A stretch of DNA of 63,263 bases, the filler included, from Octopus bimaculoides (Eukaryota): NCBI RefSeq assembly GCF_001194135.2. It is 5 parts of 5 records of this genome, joined end to end, with 100 filler letters (N's around TTAATTAATTAA, not from the genome) between each part and the next. Parts side by side here need not be neighbours in the genome. Positions count along the whole stretch, not along the records: positions 1 to 18,568 come from NC_068991.1; 4 more parts are not named here. The stretch is one strand, 5' to 3'. The position numbers and the translations under genes are program-made. Positions 1-12,398 of this stretch are shown here, piece after piece. How positions within the stretch are numbered: the first letter of the stretch is position 1; each line of letters begins with the position of its first letter. The notes beneath the pieces were generated by a model. That model worked only from the letters and a program-made list of their open reading frames with translations. It did no database searches and was not told the origin of the DNA.

Positions 1-51
<51 letters not shown>

Positions 52-203
52 TAGATATATAATGTGTGTGAGAAAGAGAGACATACATTCAAACATACAT
101 ACATAGATATATTAGTGTATGTGTATGTGTGTGTATGTATATATATATATATGCGCACTTCTATCTATCTATCTATGTGTCTATCTGTCTGTCTCTGCCT
201 GTC

Positions 204-234
<31 letters not shown>

Positions 235-245
235 GTCTCTCTCTC

Positions 246-300
<55 letters not shown>
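1..300. repeat. Compound microsatellite (AT)n/(TG)n/(TCTA,TCTG)n/(CA)n
   Basis: Visible directly in the sequence. Confidence 0.95.
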
Positions 301-303
<3 letters not shown>

Positions 304-1374
304 GACATACACTCACAGGCACTCACACACGCACCTTGTTATTACTGTACAATGTACGGAGATAACATACTTAAGACGTATGTCAAATAAAACAAAAAAA
401 AAACTGATATTAATTTGACGATACGTGTAGGTGGTGCTAAGGGCCTCTTCCTTTGCAGGTCAACCAGTTCAACGATACAACCCATTTTCTTTTGTATTCA
501 TTTATTTAATTATTTATTATTCGTCTTTAGTGGAGGTCACTATATTTTATGCGTTTGAACCAGACACAGTGGAAGAACAGGACAAATTGCCTTGCATGCA
601 GAGTTATGTCAATTCTGAGTTCGAGTTACATTGGAGTCGATCGATTTTATTCATTCAGTCTTTTTCCCGTTCCCCCACCTCGAAGGATATCGATAAAATA
701 CAGCCCTTTCTCAAGTAGTTCTGGGATCGATTTAATTCCTCATAAACTCTGTTTTTTTTTTTGTTTTTTTTTTTTGAAATGTCGGTGAGAAATCGATACT
801 GGTTGATCGATCGACCGATTGATTGTTGTTGTTTAGCATTAATCAAATACAGCTGATCTAATACAGCTGATCAAAATGATCAGTTGCGTTCCACCCCGCG
901 ATCATTCCGTCGTTTTATTTTCAGGCATAGTGTATCTTGGTGTACAATATCCTTAGTACACTTCTGTTTTTGTTTAATCTTTTTTTATTTTACTTCGTTG
1001 CCGCAGTTTTGTTTGTTTATATGAAGCAGCAAGCTGTAATTTGAGCGAGGTTTTTTAACTTCTATTTCTAGCAAGTAGAGGAACTATTTAGCAGCCTTCC
1101 ACTTTAGTTTGCCGCAATATTGATATTGTGTCAGGTCAGTGACTGGCAAAATAAACTGAATTCCAGACACAAATACAGAAGGGGCAACACATATCCTTAC
1201 ATTGTGCGTTCGAATCACGCCGAAGTAGATTTTTCATTTTTTTTTTTTTTCCATCTCCCACTTCTATTCCCGGATAGGGTCGGAGAGAGAAGGGAGAAGT
1301 AGGTTCAATAAAGTACCTGTAGGACACTGGAATCCATTTGCTTAAATACGGCTTGTTTTTGCATCATTGTTTGT

Positions 1375-1514
1375 GGAGGCGCGTAGCTTAGTGGTTAGGG
1401 TATTGGACTCATGATCGTAAGATTGTGGTTTCGATTCCTGGACCCGGTGACGCGTTCTGTTTTTGAGCAAAACACTTCATTTCACGTTGCTCCAGTCCAC
1501 TCAGCCGGCAAAAA
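1375..1514 (+). mobile_element. tRNA-derived SINE head, family C (3' part missing)
   Basis: A-box-like TAGCTTAGTGG and B-box-like GTTTCGATTCC, then TTGAGCAAAACACTT...TTGCTCCAGTCCACTCAGC, similar to the body of family D copies. Confidence 0.7.
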
Positions 1515-1542
1515 TAGAACGGATGGAAGTGTTGTAAGCATA

Positions 1543-1705
1543 GGTGCAGGCGTGGCTATGTGGTGAGAAGCTTGCTTCCCAACCACATGGTTCTGGGTTC
1601 AGTCCCACTGCGTAGCACCTTGGGCGAATGTCTTCTGCTATAGCCTCGGGCCGACCAAAGCCTTGTGAGCGGATTTGGTAGACAGAAACTGAAAGAAGCC
1701 TGTCG

Positions 1706-1750
<45 letters not shown>

Positions 1751-1851
1751 CTGTGTTTATCCTCCACCATCGCTTGACAACCGATGTTGGTGTGTTTACG
1801 TCTCTGTAACTTAGCAGTTTGGCAAAAGAGACAGATAGAATAAGTATTAGG
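1543..1851 (+). mobile_element. SINE family A (tRNA-derived, CORE-like segment, internal microsatellite)
   Basis: Matches about 10 other copies here (GGCGCAGGAGTGGCTGTGTGG...GGTTCAGTCCC...CACCTTGGGCAAGTGTCTT). Confidence 0.9.
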
Positions 1852-2227
1852 CCACCGGCGTCCTGAAACCGGGAACCCGGCGCTTATCAGTCAGCATGAC
1901 TCAAAAAAGTAACTTTAGCTTTATTTTGACTCTAATGTTTGATAGGACTTTCGTGTATTCACCTCCACCCCCACCGCCGTCGCTCTGATTCCACTGATCC
2001 CTGCTCCCACCTCAGTTTATGTATTTTGTCTTTGGAATGTCCGCTCATCCGGCTACCCTTACGGAATTGTACCATCTCGTTAGAACGTCGGACGGTATTT
2101 CTTCTGGCACTTTACGTTCTGAGTTCGTATCCTACCGAGGTCAATTTTGTCTTTCATCACTCAGGGATCGATAAATTAAAGTACCAATAAAGTACTGGGC
2201 TCGATATGATTATTACATGTATACGTC

Positions 2228-2266
<39 letters not shown>

Positions 2267-2314
2267 TTCTGACTTTCTCTGTATATTAGAAACAATTATT
2301 ATTCACTCCTCCAA

Positions 2315-2915
2315 GGCAGCGAGCTGGCGGAATCGTTATCGCGCCGGATAAAACGCTTAGTGACATTTCGTCCGCCTTTACGTTCTTAGTTCAGAATCTG
2401 CTGAGATCGACTTTGCCTCTAATCNNNNNNNNNNNNNNNNNNNNNNNNNNNNNNNNNNNNNNNNNNNNNNNNNNNNNNNNNNNNNNNNNNNNNNNNNNNN
2501 NNNNNNNNNNNNNNNNNNNNNNNNNNNNNNNNNNNNNNNNNNNNNNNNNNNNNNNNNNNNNNNNNNNNNNNNNNNNNNNNNNNNNNNNNNNNNNNNNNNN
2601 NNNNNNNNNNNNNNNNNNNNNNNNNNNNNNNNNNNNNNNNNNNNNNNNNNNNNNNNNNNNNNNNNNNNNNNNNNNNNNNNNNNNNNNNNNNNNNNNNNNN
2701 NNNNNNNNNNNNNNNNNNNNNNNNNNNNNNNNNNNNNNNNNNNNNNNNNNNNNNNNNNNNNNNNNNNNNNNNNNNNNNNNNNNNNNNNNNNNNNNNNNNN
2801 NNNNNNNNNNNNNNNNNNNNNNNNNNNNNNNNNNNNNNNNNNNNNNNNNNNNNGATATAATCGACTTGCCCCTCCCCTCAAAATCTGCTGGCCATGTACC
2901 AAAATTTGAAACCGT
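2315..2915 (+). mobile_element. SINE family B, split by an assembly gap
   Basis: Head GGCAGCGAGCTGGCGGAATCGTT before the gap; tail CCCCTCAAAATCTGCTGGCCATGTACCAAAATTTGAAACC after it. Confidence 0.75.
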
Positions 2916-2950
2916 TATTCATTAGAACGGATGGAAGTGCTGTAAGCATA

Positions 2951-3342
2951 GGCGCAGGCGTGGCTATGTGGTGAGAAGCTTGCTTACCAACCACATGGTT
3001 CTGGGTTCAGTCCCACTGCGTAGCATCTTGGGCAAGTGTCTTCTACCTCGGGCCGACCAAAGCCTTGTGAGTGGATTTGATAGACAGAAACTGAAAGAAG
3101 CCCGTCGTATATATGTGTGTGTGTGTGTCTGTGTTTGTCCTCCACCATCGCTTGACAGCCGGTGTTGGTGTGTTTACGTCCCCGTAACTTAGCAGTTTGG
3201 CAAAAAAGACATAGAATAAGTACTAGGCTTACAAAGAATAGGTCGTGGGGTCGATTTCTTCGACTGAAATAATTCCCTTTAAGTTGGTGCTCCAGCATGG
3301 CCGCAGTCAAATGACAGAAACGAGTAAACGAATACAAGAATA
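2951..3342 (+). mobile_element. SINE family A, full length
   Basis: Head through tail GGTGCTCCAGCATGGCCGCAGTCAAATGACAGAAAC. Confidence 0.9.
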
Positions 3343-3485
3343 CATCTGCAGAATGGAGTACAGCAGTTCAGGAGAGTGCAATTGCACTCGAAGGGTTACA
3401 GTGGTCTTTGATGTGTGGGTTTCCATAATCATTCCTCGGGAGAATTCCGCCTCTACCAGGAAGACTCTACGTCTCAGCTATACAT

Positions 3486-3733
3486 CTTCTTTCGTTTTCA
3501 CTTGTTTCAGTTATTTGACTGCGGCCATGCTGGAGCACCGCCATAAAGCGTTTTTTTTTTCTTTTTTTTTTTTGGCAGTAGAAGAAACTGACCCCAGGAC
3601 TTATTCTTTATAAGCTTAGTACTTATTCTAACGGTCTCTTTTGCCAAACTGCTAAGTTACGGAGGCGGAAACACACCACATCGATTGTCAGGTAATGATG
3701 GGGGAGGGGACAAACACACACACACACATACAT
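3486..3733 (-). mobile_element. SINE family A, 3' half
   Basis: Reverse complement of family A tail and post-microsatellite segment. Confidence 0.8.
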
Positions 3734-3760
3734 AGGAAACAAGTTTAAAATAGTGGTATA

Positions 3761-4077
3761 CACTCTTTTACTTGTTTCAGTCATTTGACTGGCCGTGCTG
3801 GAGCACCGCCTTTTAGTCGAGCAAATCGACCACAGAACTTATTCTTTGTAAGCCTAGTACTTATTCTATCGGTATCTTTTGTCGAACCGCTAAGTTACGG
3901 GGACCTAAACACACCTGCATCGGTTGTCAAGCGATGTTGGGGGGACAAACACAGACACACAGAGACACACACACACACACACACACATATATACAAATAT
4001 ATATATATATATATACATACATACGACGGGCTTCTTTCAGTTTCCGTCTACCAAATCCACTCACAAGGCTTTGGTTG
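3761..4077 (-). mobile_element. SINE family A (head lost in gap)
   Basis: Reverse complement of family A tail, microsatellite and CORE-like part. Confidence 0.9.
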
Positions 4078-4176
4078 NNNNNNNNNNNNNNNNNNNNNNN
4101 NNNNNNNNNNNNNNNNNNNNNNNNNNNNNNNNNNNNNNNNNNNNNNNNNNNNNNNNNNNNNNNNNNNNNNNNNNNN

Positions 4177-4485
4177 TGTGACCTTTTCTGGCGTGTGTTT
4201 ATACCATCTTTTTTCTGTTGCTATTCCATAATGTTGGCATAGCTTCCAGTGTATATAGGTCCCCGCTCTGTCGTGTCTGTGAATATATTCCTTCTTAGCC
4301 AGGACTGGGCAGCCAGAGATAATATGATTTATTGTTTCTTGTCGATCTCCACATATTCTACAGTTACTTGTTATATTTCTTTTCATTATGTGTTTTTGGT
4401 AATTTCTGGTGGGGAGGCTTTGATCTTGTGCAGCAATTAAAAATCCTTCAGTCTCTGCTTTGAGTCCTGAGCTTCTCAGCCATTT
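4177..4485 (-). mobile_element. R4/Dong-clade non-LTR retrotransposon fragment (CCHC zinc knuckle and RHD motif)
   Basis: Translates as WLRSSGLKAETEGFLIAAQDQSLPTRNY...CRICGDRQETINHIISGCPVLAKKEYIHRHDR; abuts a (TTA)n tract. Confidence 0.85.
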
Positions 4486-4544
4486 ATTATTATTATTATT
4501 ATTTTATTTTATTATTTTTTTTTTTTACGTTTTTGACTTAGAAA

Positions 4545-4862
4545 GCATGAATCCCGCCGTGGTCAGCTTTACTTTCTATCCTTTCGGGATCGATAACATG
4601 AATTACAGGTCCTTAAAAATACTTGGATCAATGAAATCGATTAGCTCCTTCCTCCAAATTGCAGGTCTTGTACCTTCATTTCAAACAACGGCAAACTGGC
4701 ATAATTGTTAGAGCGTCGGGAAAATGTTTAGCGACATTTCTTCCGGCTCTTAACACTTACGTTCTGAGTTCAAATCCCACCGAAGTCAGCCTTTCTTTTC
4801 ATCTTTTTTTGGGGGTCTATAAAATAAAAAATCTGTAGAGCACTGGGTCTTGAACCTATCGT
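4545..4862 (+). mobile_element. Two degenerate tandem SINE family B copies
   Basis: TACGTTCTGAGTTCAAATCCCACCGAAGTC and TATCCTTTCGGGATCGATAA motifs. Confidence 0.6.
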
Positions 4863-5592
4863 AGAAATAATGTTTATTTTTTATCATTGGATTGGTTTTA
4901 TATTGCCGAAATCGTTTGAATAATAGGCAACATGTAACTTGAGGGTGACGATTCTTGAGGGCCGCAGCTTGTAATATCAAACACAGACATTGACTTATGT
5001 ATTGAGTACTTAATTCATTGTTCGTAAACACAAATGTTCACCGTTCTAAATGTACGTGCGTGCACGCCCATATACATACATCTATACATATATATGTGTA
5101 TATATGTATGTATGTATGTGTATATATGAAAGAGACAGACAGACAGACAGATATGGGGGGGGTATAGGCCTGTGTGCATATGTGTATGTGCGTGTGCTAC
5201 AAATACACTTATGTAAATATGTGTGTTGAATCTACCTTTGTGTATGTATATGTGTGTGTACATAAATGTGCGTGTGTGTATATTAGATTTCTACCTATGT
5301 AAATGTGTGCATTCATATACGTGTGTGTGTGTGTGTGTGTGTGATGTCAGGCATTTGTGAACCATAGCGACGTTGTTTATATCTGGCCAACAACTAGTTC
5401 ACTGCGGTATTTTAGTTTCTTCTGTTAACGTCCTGAGTTCGAATCCCGCCAGAATCGATTTTTTTTCTTTTTATTACTTTGGGGATGGGTTGCTGGGAGA
5501 GGGTTTAAGTAATATAACGTTACGTCCATTGGATTTAAGGATTCGATTATAAATCTTACCCACAATATATGCAGCCTGTTGCCTATCTTACT

Positions 5593-5804
5593 GGTTTCAA
5601 GTTTTGGCACAAGGCCAGCAATATCGGGGGAGGGGGTAAGTCGATTACATCGACCTCAGTGCCCAACTGATATTAATTTTGTCGTCCTCCGAAAGGATAA
5701 AAGGGGAAAGACGACTTCGGCGGAATTTGAACTCAGAATGCAAGAACGGACGAAATGCCGCTAAGCATTTTGTCCGGCGTGTTAACGATTCTACCAGTTC
5801 GCCG
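5593..5804 (-). mobile_element. SINE family B
   Basis: Reverse complement of full head, body and tail. Confidence 0.85.
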
Positions 5805-5844
5805 AATTCTTATTAATCAAAATTATTTATCTCTTGTTGTTGAC

Positions 5845-6540
5845 TTGCACCAGATACAATTAAAGGCATTCCGACCATGACCAACCTGTCTTGTTCGGTT
5901 TCTGTCTAATACTACATTATCCCAGCGCTTTCGTTTTCATTCTTCCTTTCAACAAGNNNNNNNNNNNNNNNNNNNNNNNNNNNNNNNNNNNNNNNNNNNN
6001 NNNNNNNNNNNNNNNNNNNNNNNNNNNNNNNNNNNNNNNNNNNNNNNNNNNNNNNNNNNNNNNNNNNNNNNNNNNNNNNNNNNNNNNNNNNNNNNNNNNN
6101 NNNNNNNNNNNNNNNNNNNNNNNNNNNNNNNNNNNNNNNNNNNNNNNNNNNNNNNNNNNNNNNNNNNNNNNNNNNNNNNNNNNNNTGCATCTAGGACAAC
6201 ATTATACACTGTTCTTTCTTTTAAGACCGTGGAGATGAAGATTTAGTTGCTGTTTCTAGCAGGACGAGCGGCTACTATGCGGCCGCTGAACTGACACGCG
6301 GTTTCCTTGGGTGGTAGTAATAAAGATCATGGGATCATGTTTCTGATAGTAACTGTAGTGGTGGTGGCTATATGGTCATGTGAATGATATCGATATTGCC
6401 ACTTGATCAAGTGAGTCCTGCTCGAGCAAATATATAAATCAAAGACATTCTAGCTGCGACCATCCCGTCTTTCTCCCCCCCCCCGCCTCCTTAATATTCG
6501 TAGAACTTGTAACTACATTCATTATCCAACAAGTCTGTTA
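5845..6540 (+). repeat. Degenerate copies of an unclassified interspersed repeat (family E)
   Basis: CAAAGGCATTCCAGCCATGACCATCCCGTC-like and GATTTGGCTGCTATTTCTAGCAGG-like motifs, also at about 870-960 and 41785-42185. Confidence 0.45.
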
Positions 6541-7059
6541 TATTTTAGCTCTTTCGTTAGCTCGGTGATATGATGATAATGATGATGACGACGATGGTGA
6601 TGGCGGTGGTGGTGGTGGTGGTGGTCCCTGTATCATAATGTTTGTGAAGGTGATAGTTCTCCAGTAAGGTACTACCTTAGTACTACTCTATCCTCATCAA
6701 AAATGTTGATTTCTAAGCGTTTGCAGAAGACCACATCAAATGGTTGTCACTCATACCCAGGCAAGAACAGAGAAGAGGGTTGGCAGTTGACGTAGGATTT
6801 CCATTTCGAAAGAGTTTACTCTCACTAGAAGAAGCAAAAGGGGTCTTTGATAAAATAATAACCTTTTTCTTTTTTTTCTATTTTATATATATAAATCGTT
6901 CTACTTCTTTTAATCTGTTCTATTATATGTACATACATCAGGCACACATTTAAGTACAACATGAGTTGGGAGTACATACATGTATTTGCACAGGAATATA
7001 CTCGTAACCAAGGCATATATCATATCTAAACATGGATTACAAAAATACTTACTGAACTG

Positions 7060-7460
7060 ATTGAAATGGAGACTACATTTTATATGCGGCTTGGGCCCGG
7101 ACCTAGACTTTGACCTGGACCCAGTTAAAATAGAGCCTACTTTTCACGTTTGGTTTTACAATTTTTACAAGTTGAATTTCATATATGGCCTGGATCTGTA
7201 CCCTGTTTAAGTGGGATCTGCATTTCACGTATATCTTGGGCCTGTTACCAGTCGAAATGAGGTCCTGTTGAAATAGGACCTCCATTTCAAAAATCTATTC
7301 TGGGTCTATCATCAGTTGAAATGAACGCTATATTTGACATCTGGTGTTGATCCAGGTCCAATTGAAACGGAGCTTATATTTCATATCTAATCTGACTCCG
7401 GTATTTGTTGGAATGGATCCTGTTCAATATTTTCCATCTGATCTGGACCTCACATCTTGT
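7060..7460. repeat. Diverged ~46-bp tandem array
   Basis: Units start at 7060, 7124, 7171, 7205, 7251, 7267, 7315, 7361 and 7407; approximate consensus GTTGAAATGGAGCCTACATTTCATATCTGG. Confidence 0.75.
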
Positions 7461-8150
7461 CTGAGTTTCACATGTGTTACGAGCTTAGGTCATCCTTTCT
7501 TCTAGGACTTAACTAACTGCAGTCATTCTTCTTTTATTGACAGCCATTGGGATGAAAAACCAAGAAGATCGTTCAGAGCAGATTGTTTTATTTTCGTTTC
7601 ATATACAGCAATAAAAATGTTGTTGCTGTTGTTTTTCTATCCACAGGTCAGTGCTGACCTGAAACAGACAAGGCCGTGGGATTTAGAAAATCACTGGTTT
7701 CGATGGCATATATGGACCTTTAGACATGTTTCTACCACCAAAACCTTTTTAGTAGAATTTAGGTAGACGCTGTACTTATCTTATGGAGTAGGAAAAAGAT
7801 TTAATCCGTTAATCGTTTTAACAACACTATCTGGCCCTTTGGTACTTTTAGAAGAGTTCACTCTGTTGCAGACGTTCGGATGATTGTGGTCTTTGTTCTT
7901 GTAATAATCGCATGGTGTGGGTTATAGTTGTGGGTCTCTGTTGTTGTGACAGAATCGTTAGAGCATCAGACAGAATACCTTGTGATATTTGTTCTGGATC
8001 TAAATGTTCTGATTTCAAATCTCACTGAGCGCAGCTCTGTCTTTTACACTTCCAGAGATCAATAAAATACAATGCAATGCTAATCGAGAACTTCGAGTTA
8101 ACGGAACTACTGGAGCTTTGGACAAGATTCTTCGCTGTATTTGTTCTCAC

Positions 8151-8268
8151 TCTTTTACGTCCCAAACTCGATGCTAGCGCCAAGTTGTAAATGGCCTCTG
8201 CAATTCCCTTGAGCAACACTGCAGAGAGGAGACATGTCGAATAGGCAACTGCTTGCTTTACATTGAAG
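8151..8268 (-). CDS. Candidate internal exon, 118 nt (FNVKQAVAYSTCLLSAVLLKGIAEAIYNLALASSLGRKR), unidentified
   Basis: Acceptor tttgctttttAG, donor GTGAGA, open frame; no homology recognised. Confidence 0.2.
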
Positions 8269-8573
8269 CTAAAAAGCAAAGCATATTAAAACTTTGCCGA
8301 AGTCTGTGCTCCGGAGGGAAGCTTTACAGGAGCAGATATATGGTCAACCCTAACGGACGGGGGCCTTAGATGTTGTTGTTGTTGTTGTAGTGGTGGTGGA
8401 TGCTGCGCAGTGGCTGTTGTTATTGCTGCTGTGGTGGTGATTTTTGCTGTTACAGTAGTTTCGTGGTCACTGTTGCTGTTCTCATCGTTCTGGTTATCGT
8501 CATATCATGGCTACTGTCATCGTGTCAGCACTTGTTATTGTTATGTTAGTGGTGGATGATGGTAGTTTTTGTA

Positions 8574-8727
8574 GGCGCAGGAGTGGCTGTGTGGTAAGTA
8601 GCTTGCTTACCAACCACATGGTCCCGGGTTCAGTCCCACTGCGTAGCACCTTGGACAAGCGTCTTCTGCTATAGCTTCGGGCCAACCAAAGCCTTGTGAG
8701 TGGATTTGGTAGACGGAAACTGAAAGA
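8574..8727 (+). mobile_element. SINE family A, 5' half (runs into gap)
   Basis: Head and CORE-like segment. Confidence 0.9.
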
Positions 8728-9681
8728 NNNNNNNNNNNNNNNNNNNNNNNNNNNNNNNNNNNNNNNNNNNNNNNNNNNNNNNNNNNNNNNNNNNNNNNNN
8801 NNNNNNNNNNNNNNNNNNNNNNNNNNNNNNNNNNNNNNNNNNNNNNNNNNNNNNNNNNNNNNNNNNNNNNNNNNNNNNNNNNNNNNNNNNNNNNNNNNNN
8901 NNNNNNNNNNNNNNNNNNNNNNNNNNNNNNNNNNNNNNNNNNNNNNNNNNNNNNNNNNNNNNNNNNNNNNNNNNNNNNNNNNNNNNNNNNNNNNNNNNNN
9001 NNNNNNNNNNNNNNNNNNNNNNNNNNNNNNNNNNNNNNNNNNNNNNNNNNNNNNNNNNNNNNNNNNNNNNNNNNNNNNNNNNNNNNNNNNNNNNNNNNNN
9101 NNNNNNNNNNNNNNNNNNNNNNNNNNNNNNNNNNNNNNNNNNNNNNNNNNNNNNNNNNNNNNNNNNNNNNNNNNNNNNNNNNNNNNNNNNNNNNNNNNNN
9201 NNNNNNNNNNNNNNNNNNNNNNNNNNNNNNNNNNNNNNNNNNNNNNNNNNNNNNNNNNNNNNNNNNNNNNNNNNNNNNNNNNNNNNNNNNNNNNNNNNNN
9301 NNNNNNNNNNNNNNNNNNNNNNNNNNNNNNNNNNNNNNNNNNNNNNNNNNNNNNNNNNNNNNNNNNNNNNNNNNNNNNNNNNNNNNNNNNNNNNNNNNNN
9401 NNNNNNNNNNNNNNNNNNNNNNNNNNNNNNNNNNNNNNNNNNNNNNNNNNNNNNNNNNNNNNNNNNNNNNNNNNNNNNNNNNNNNNNNNNNNNNNNNNNC
9501 GGCGGTAGTGGTGGCGATGGTGGTTGTGACGAAGGTCGCTGTAGTGATGGCGGCAGTGTTGGTTATGGTGATGGTGGCGGTGGTGGTGGTGATGGTCGTG
9601 GTCGTGGTCGTGGTGAGAGAGATGGTTGCGGTGACAATTGTGATTTAATCTGTCAGAGATAACAGTGGCAGAGATAAGGCA

Positions 9682-9715
<34 letters not shown>

Positions 9716-10062
9716 CGATAGCAGTGTTGGTAGTGATCTGATGGTAGCTCAAGAAAATGCCATTGGTGGTGTTACAGGTAGTAGGTATGCTAAAACGGTT
9801 AGTAGGTGATTGCAGTTGTGGTGGTAGTGGTAGTGGTTTTAGACTGTCACTGTTGTCTGGTCAGCAACGAAAAGACCGGTTCTGATGAGCGGCGTTCAGT
9901 TCAGGACTTCCAGCATTTTTTGTTACGTAGTTGTAGCCATTATTGTTGAATGTCTTAAACGACATTTCACCCAACGGACGTTGAAAGACTGTTTTTGTTA
10001 ATGAAAATCGCATTCATCAACTTTGATTTCCTCTGACTGCATGTGTGCGTGTATGTATGTGT

Positions 10063-10330
10063 GTCGTCATCATCGTCGTCGTCGTCGTCGTCGTCGTCGC
10101 TGTTGTCATCATCGTCATCCTCACCATCGTTGTCATTGTAGTCATAATCATCATCGTCATCATCATCATCATCAACATCGTCATCACCATCGTCATCATC
10201 ATCACCATCATCATCATCATCGTCGTCGTCATCCTTATCGTCGTCGTTGTCCTTGTTGTCATCATCATCCCTGTCATCGTCGTCATCATCATCATTATCG
10301 TCGACGTCATCATCATCATCATCGTCGACG

Positions 10331-10362
<32 letters not shown>

Positions 10363-10495
10363 GTCGTCATCATCATCGTCATCGACATCGTTATCGTCGT
10401 CGTCGTCCTTGTCAGCATCCTCACTGTCATCGTCGTCATCATCATCATCATTATCGTCGACATCATCATCATCATCATCATCGTCGTCGTCATCA
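10063..10495. repeat. (CAT/CGT)n trinucleotide tract
   Basis: Visible directly; source of the poly-His/Ser/Met pseudo-ORFs. Confidence 0.95.
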
Positions 10496-10496
10496 T

Positions 10497-10672
10497 ATTA
10501 CCTTTGTCTTCCATGCTGGCATGAGTTGGATGGTTTAACAGGATCCGATAAGCTACAGCATCCCAATGTCAAACTCCAATGTCAGCTTTGGCCTGGTTTC
10601 CATGACAGGATGTCCTTCCTAAGGCCCAACCACTCCACAATGTGCACCAGGTGCTTCCTTCGTGTTAATGGC
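10497..10672 (-). mobile_element. Retroposon 3' end with (GAT)n tail, probably RTE-related
   Basis: TTCCATGCTGGCATGAGTTGGATGG...GGATGTCCTTCCTAAGGCCCAACC, also at 15243-15660; RTE link is an inference. Confidence 0.55.
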
Positions 10673-12350
10673 TCAGGAGAGGTTACCACAGATGAGAAAA
10701 GGAAAAGAAAATGTCTCTTGCCTTCAGCTGAGTGCAGTGAGGTGCATTAGAGAAAGAGAGATGGCTTTATGCAGAGGTATTGAGAGGTCAAAATATGATA
10801 GGGGAACACGGTAACGTATTTACCACAGAGGAGATACATGTGGCTAACCCACATGTATCTCCTTTATGGCAAATAGCAACGCCCCTTTAATGATAGGTAA
10901 GAGTTGCTGGAAAAGCTACTTAATAATTAGTTAATTTTCTGCAATATAAGAACATTTGTTTCTTGAATTTTAGTAGCTGATTTTATATTGCTGACATAAC
11001 ACATCACTAAATTGTCTAGGCTTTAATATTCATTTCTTCTCTTCATTATTTATATTATCATTTTTATTTTATATATATATTTCTTTGATAAAAATATGTA
11101 CCAAGCGTGTAATGGCAGATAGATGTGCTCACCTACTACACACCTTTCCCATCCATAACAGATGTGTGGCCTCATGCCAGGGCAAGAAATCGTTATTCTT
11201 TTAATTAGGCAAAATGCCAGGTTCTGCCAAGCATGATGTGCAGTTGATTGAATCGACTTTTGTGTATTATTAATAGTTATTGTAGATTAGAGAAGAGCTG
11301 TAGATTGACAGAGGTGATAGAGTGTTATAGAAAATACTTTGGGATATTTGAATACGGCTCTTTATGTTCTGGTTTCAAATCCTCTTGTTGCCAAAGTTTC
11401 ATTTTATCTTAGCGATGATGGTGACTGTGACGGTAGTGTTGGTTTTGGTGTTGGTGATGGTGGTAGTGGTAGTGGTGGTGATCGTGGCAGTGGTAGTTTT
11501 GGTGGTGGATGGCAGTGGCAGTAGCTGAAGCAGTGCAATAATGGTATTGGTGGTAGTGTTGGTAGTGGTTATGGTTGAGGTTGTGCCCATGGTGGCAGAG
11601 ATCATGGTCGTAATGGTGATGAGATGCTAATGATGTTAATGGCAATAGGTCTTGATGATGTTTGATAGTCATGATGGTGATGATGGTAGTGATGACGGTG
11701 ATGATGATGATGATGAGGAGGAGGAGGAGGATGGTGGTCGATGTGACTGAAATTGTTGAGAAATCAGTGAAGAGAAATATTGATAGTTGATCTTAGATCT
11801 GGAAAGAATTTTTTTTCATTTTTAATAAGAGAAAGAAAAAAAGAAAGACAGAATGAATGAATGAATGAATGAAAGAATGAAGGGAAGGAATTAAGAAACA
11901 AAGCAAAGCAAAAGAAGACTTAAGAAGAAACAAAGACAGAAAGAATGTAATATCGAAGAGAATAAAACAAAAGACAAAAAGAAGGATTAGAAAAGAAGAA
12001 GAAAAAAAAGAAAGAGAAAAGGACTAACAAAACAAAGCGGGGGAAAAAGACAGAAACAAAGATTAAGAGATGTAATGAAAGGCAAAGAAAGCTAAACCTG
12101 AACAAAGGAAACAAAATATGTGAAACAGAGAAGAAACATAAAAGAGAAACAAAGAAAGAATTAGAATACGAAAGATATAGATCTTGCTGATTGTGTATGC
12201 TTAGTAAAATGTGCCAGTAAACAGAGAGAGGCAAGCAGATAAGGGGGTACCTATATCTAGGATTTTTTTTCAACATATCTGGCTCTTTATAGGTCATTTC
12301 ACACCTGTGTTTGCCCCTATTTTGGTCTGTTGACTTTTCTTTCTTATCTA

Positions 12351-12398
<48 letters not shown>

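Noticed and set aside
915-960. Strong acceptor TTTTATTTTCAG followed by an open frame
   Set aside because: Part of a family E repeat; no good donor before the stop.
7060-7460. CRISPR array interpretation
   Set aside because: Eukaryotic context, no cas genes, degenerate repeats and mutually related spacers; kept only as a tandem array.
8696-9508. Long ORFs made mostly of X (many in the track)
   Set aside because: They are open only because N runs contain no stop codons.
10017-10750. Long poly-His/Ser/Met/Ile ORFs (also 22-22.3 kb, 58.2-59.1 kb, 61-62.2 kb)
   Set aside because: Translations of trinucleotide repeats, open in several frames on both strands.
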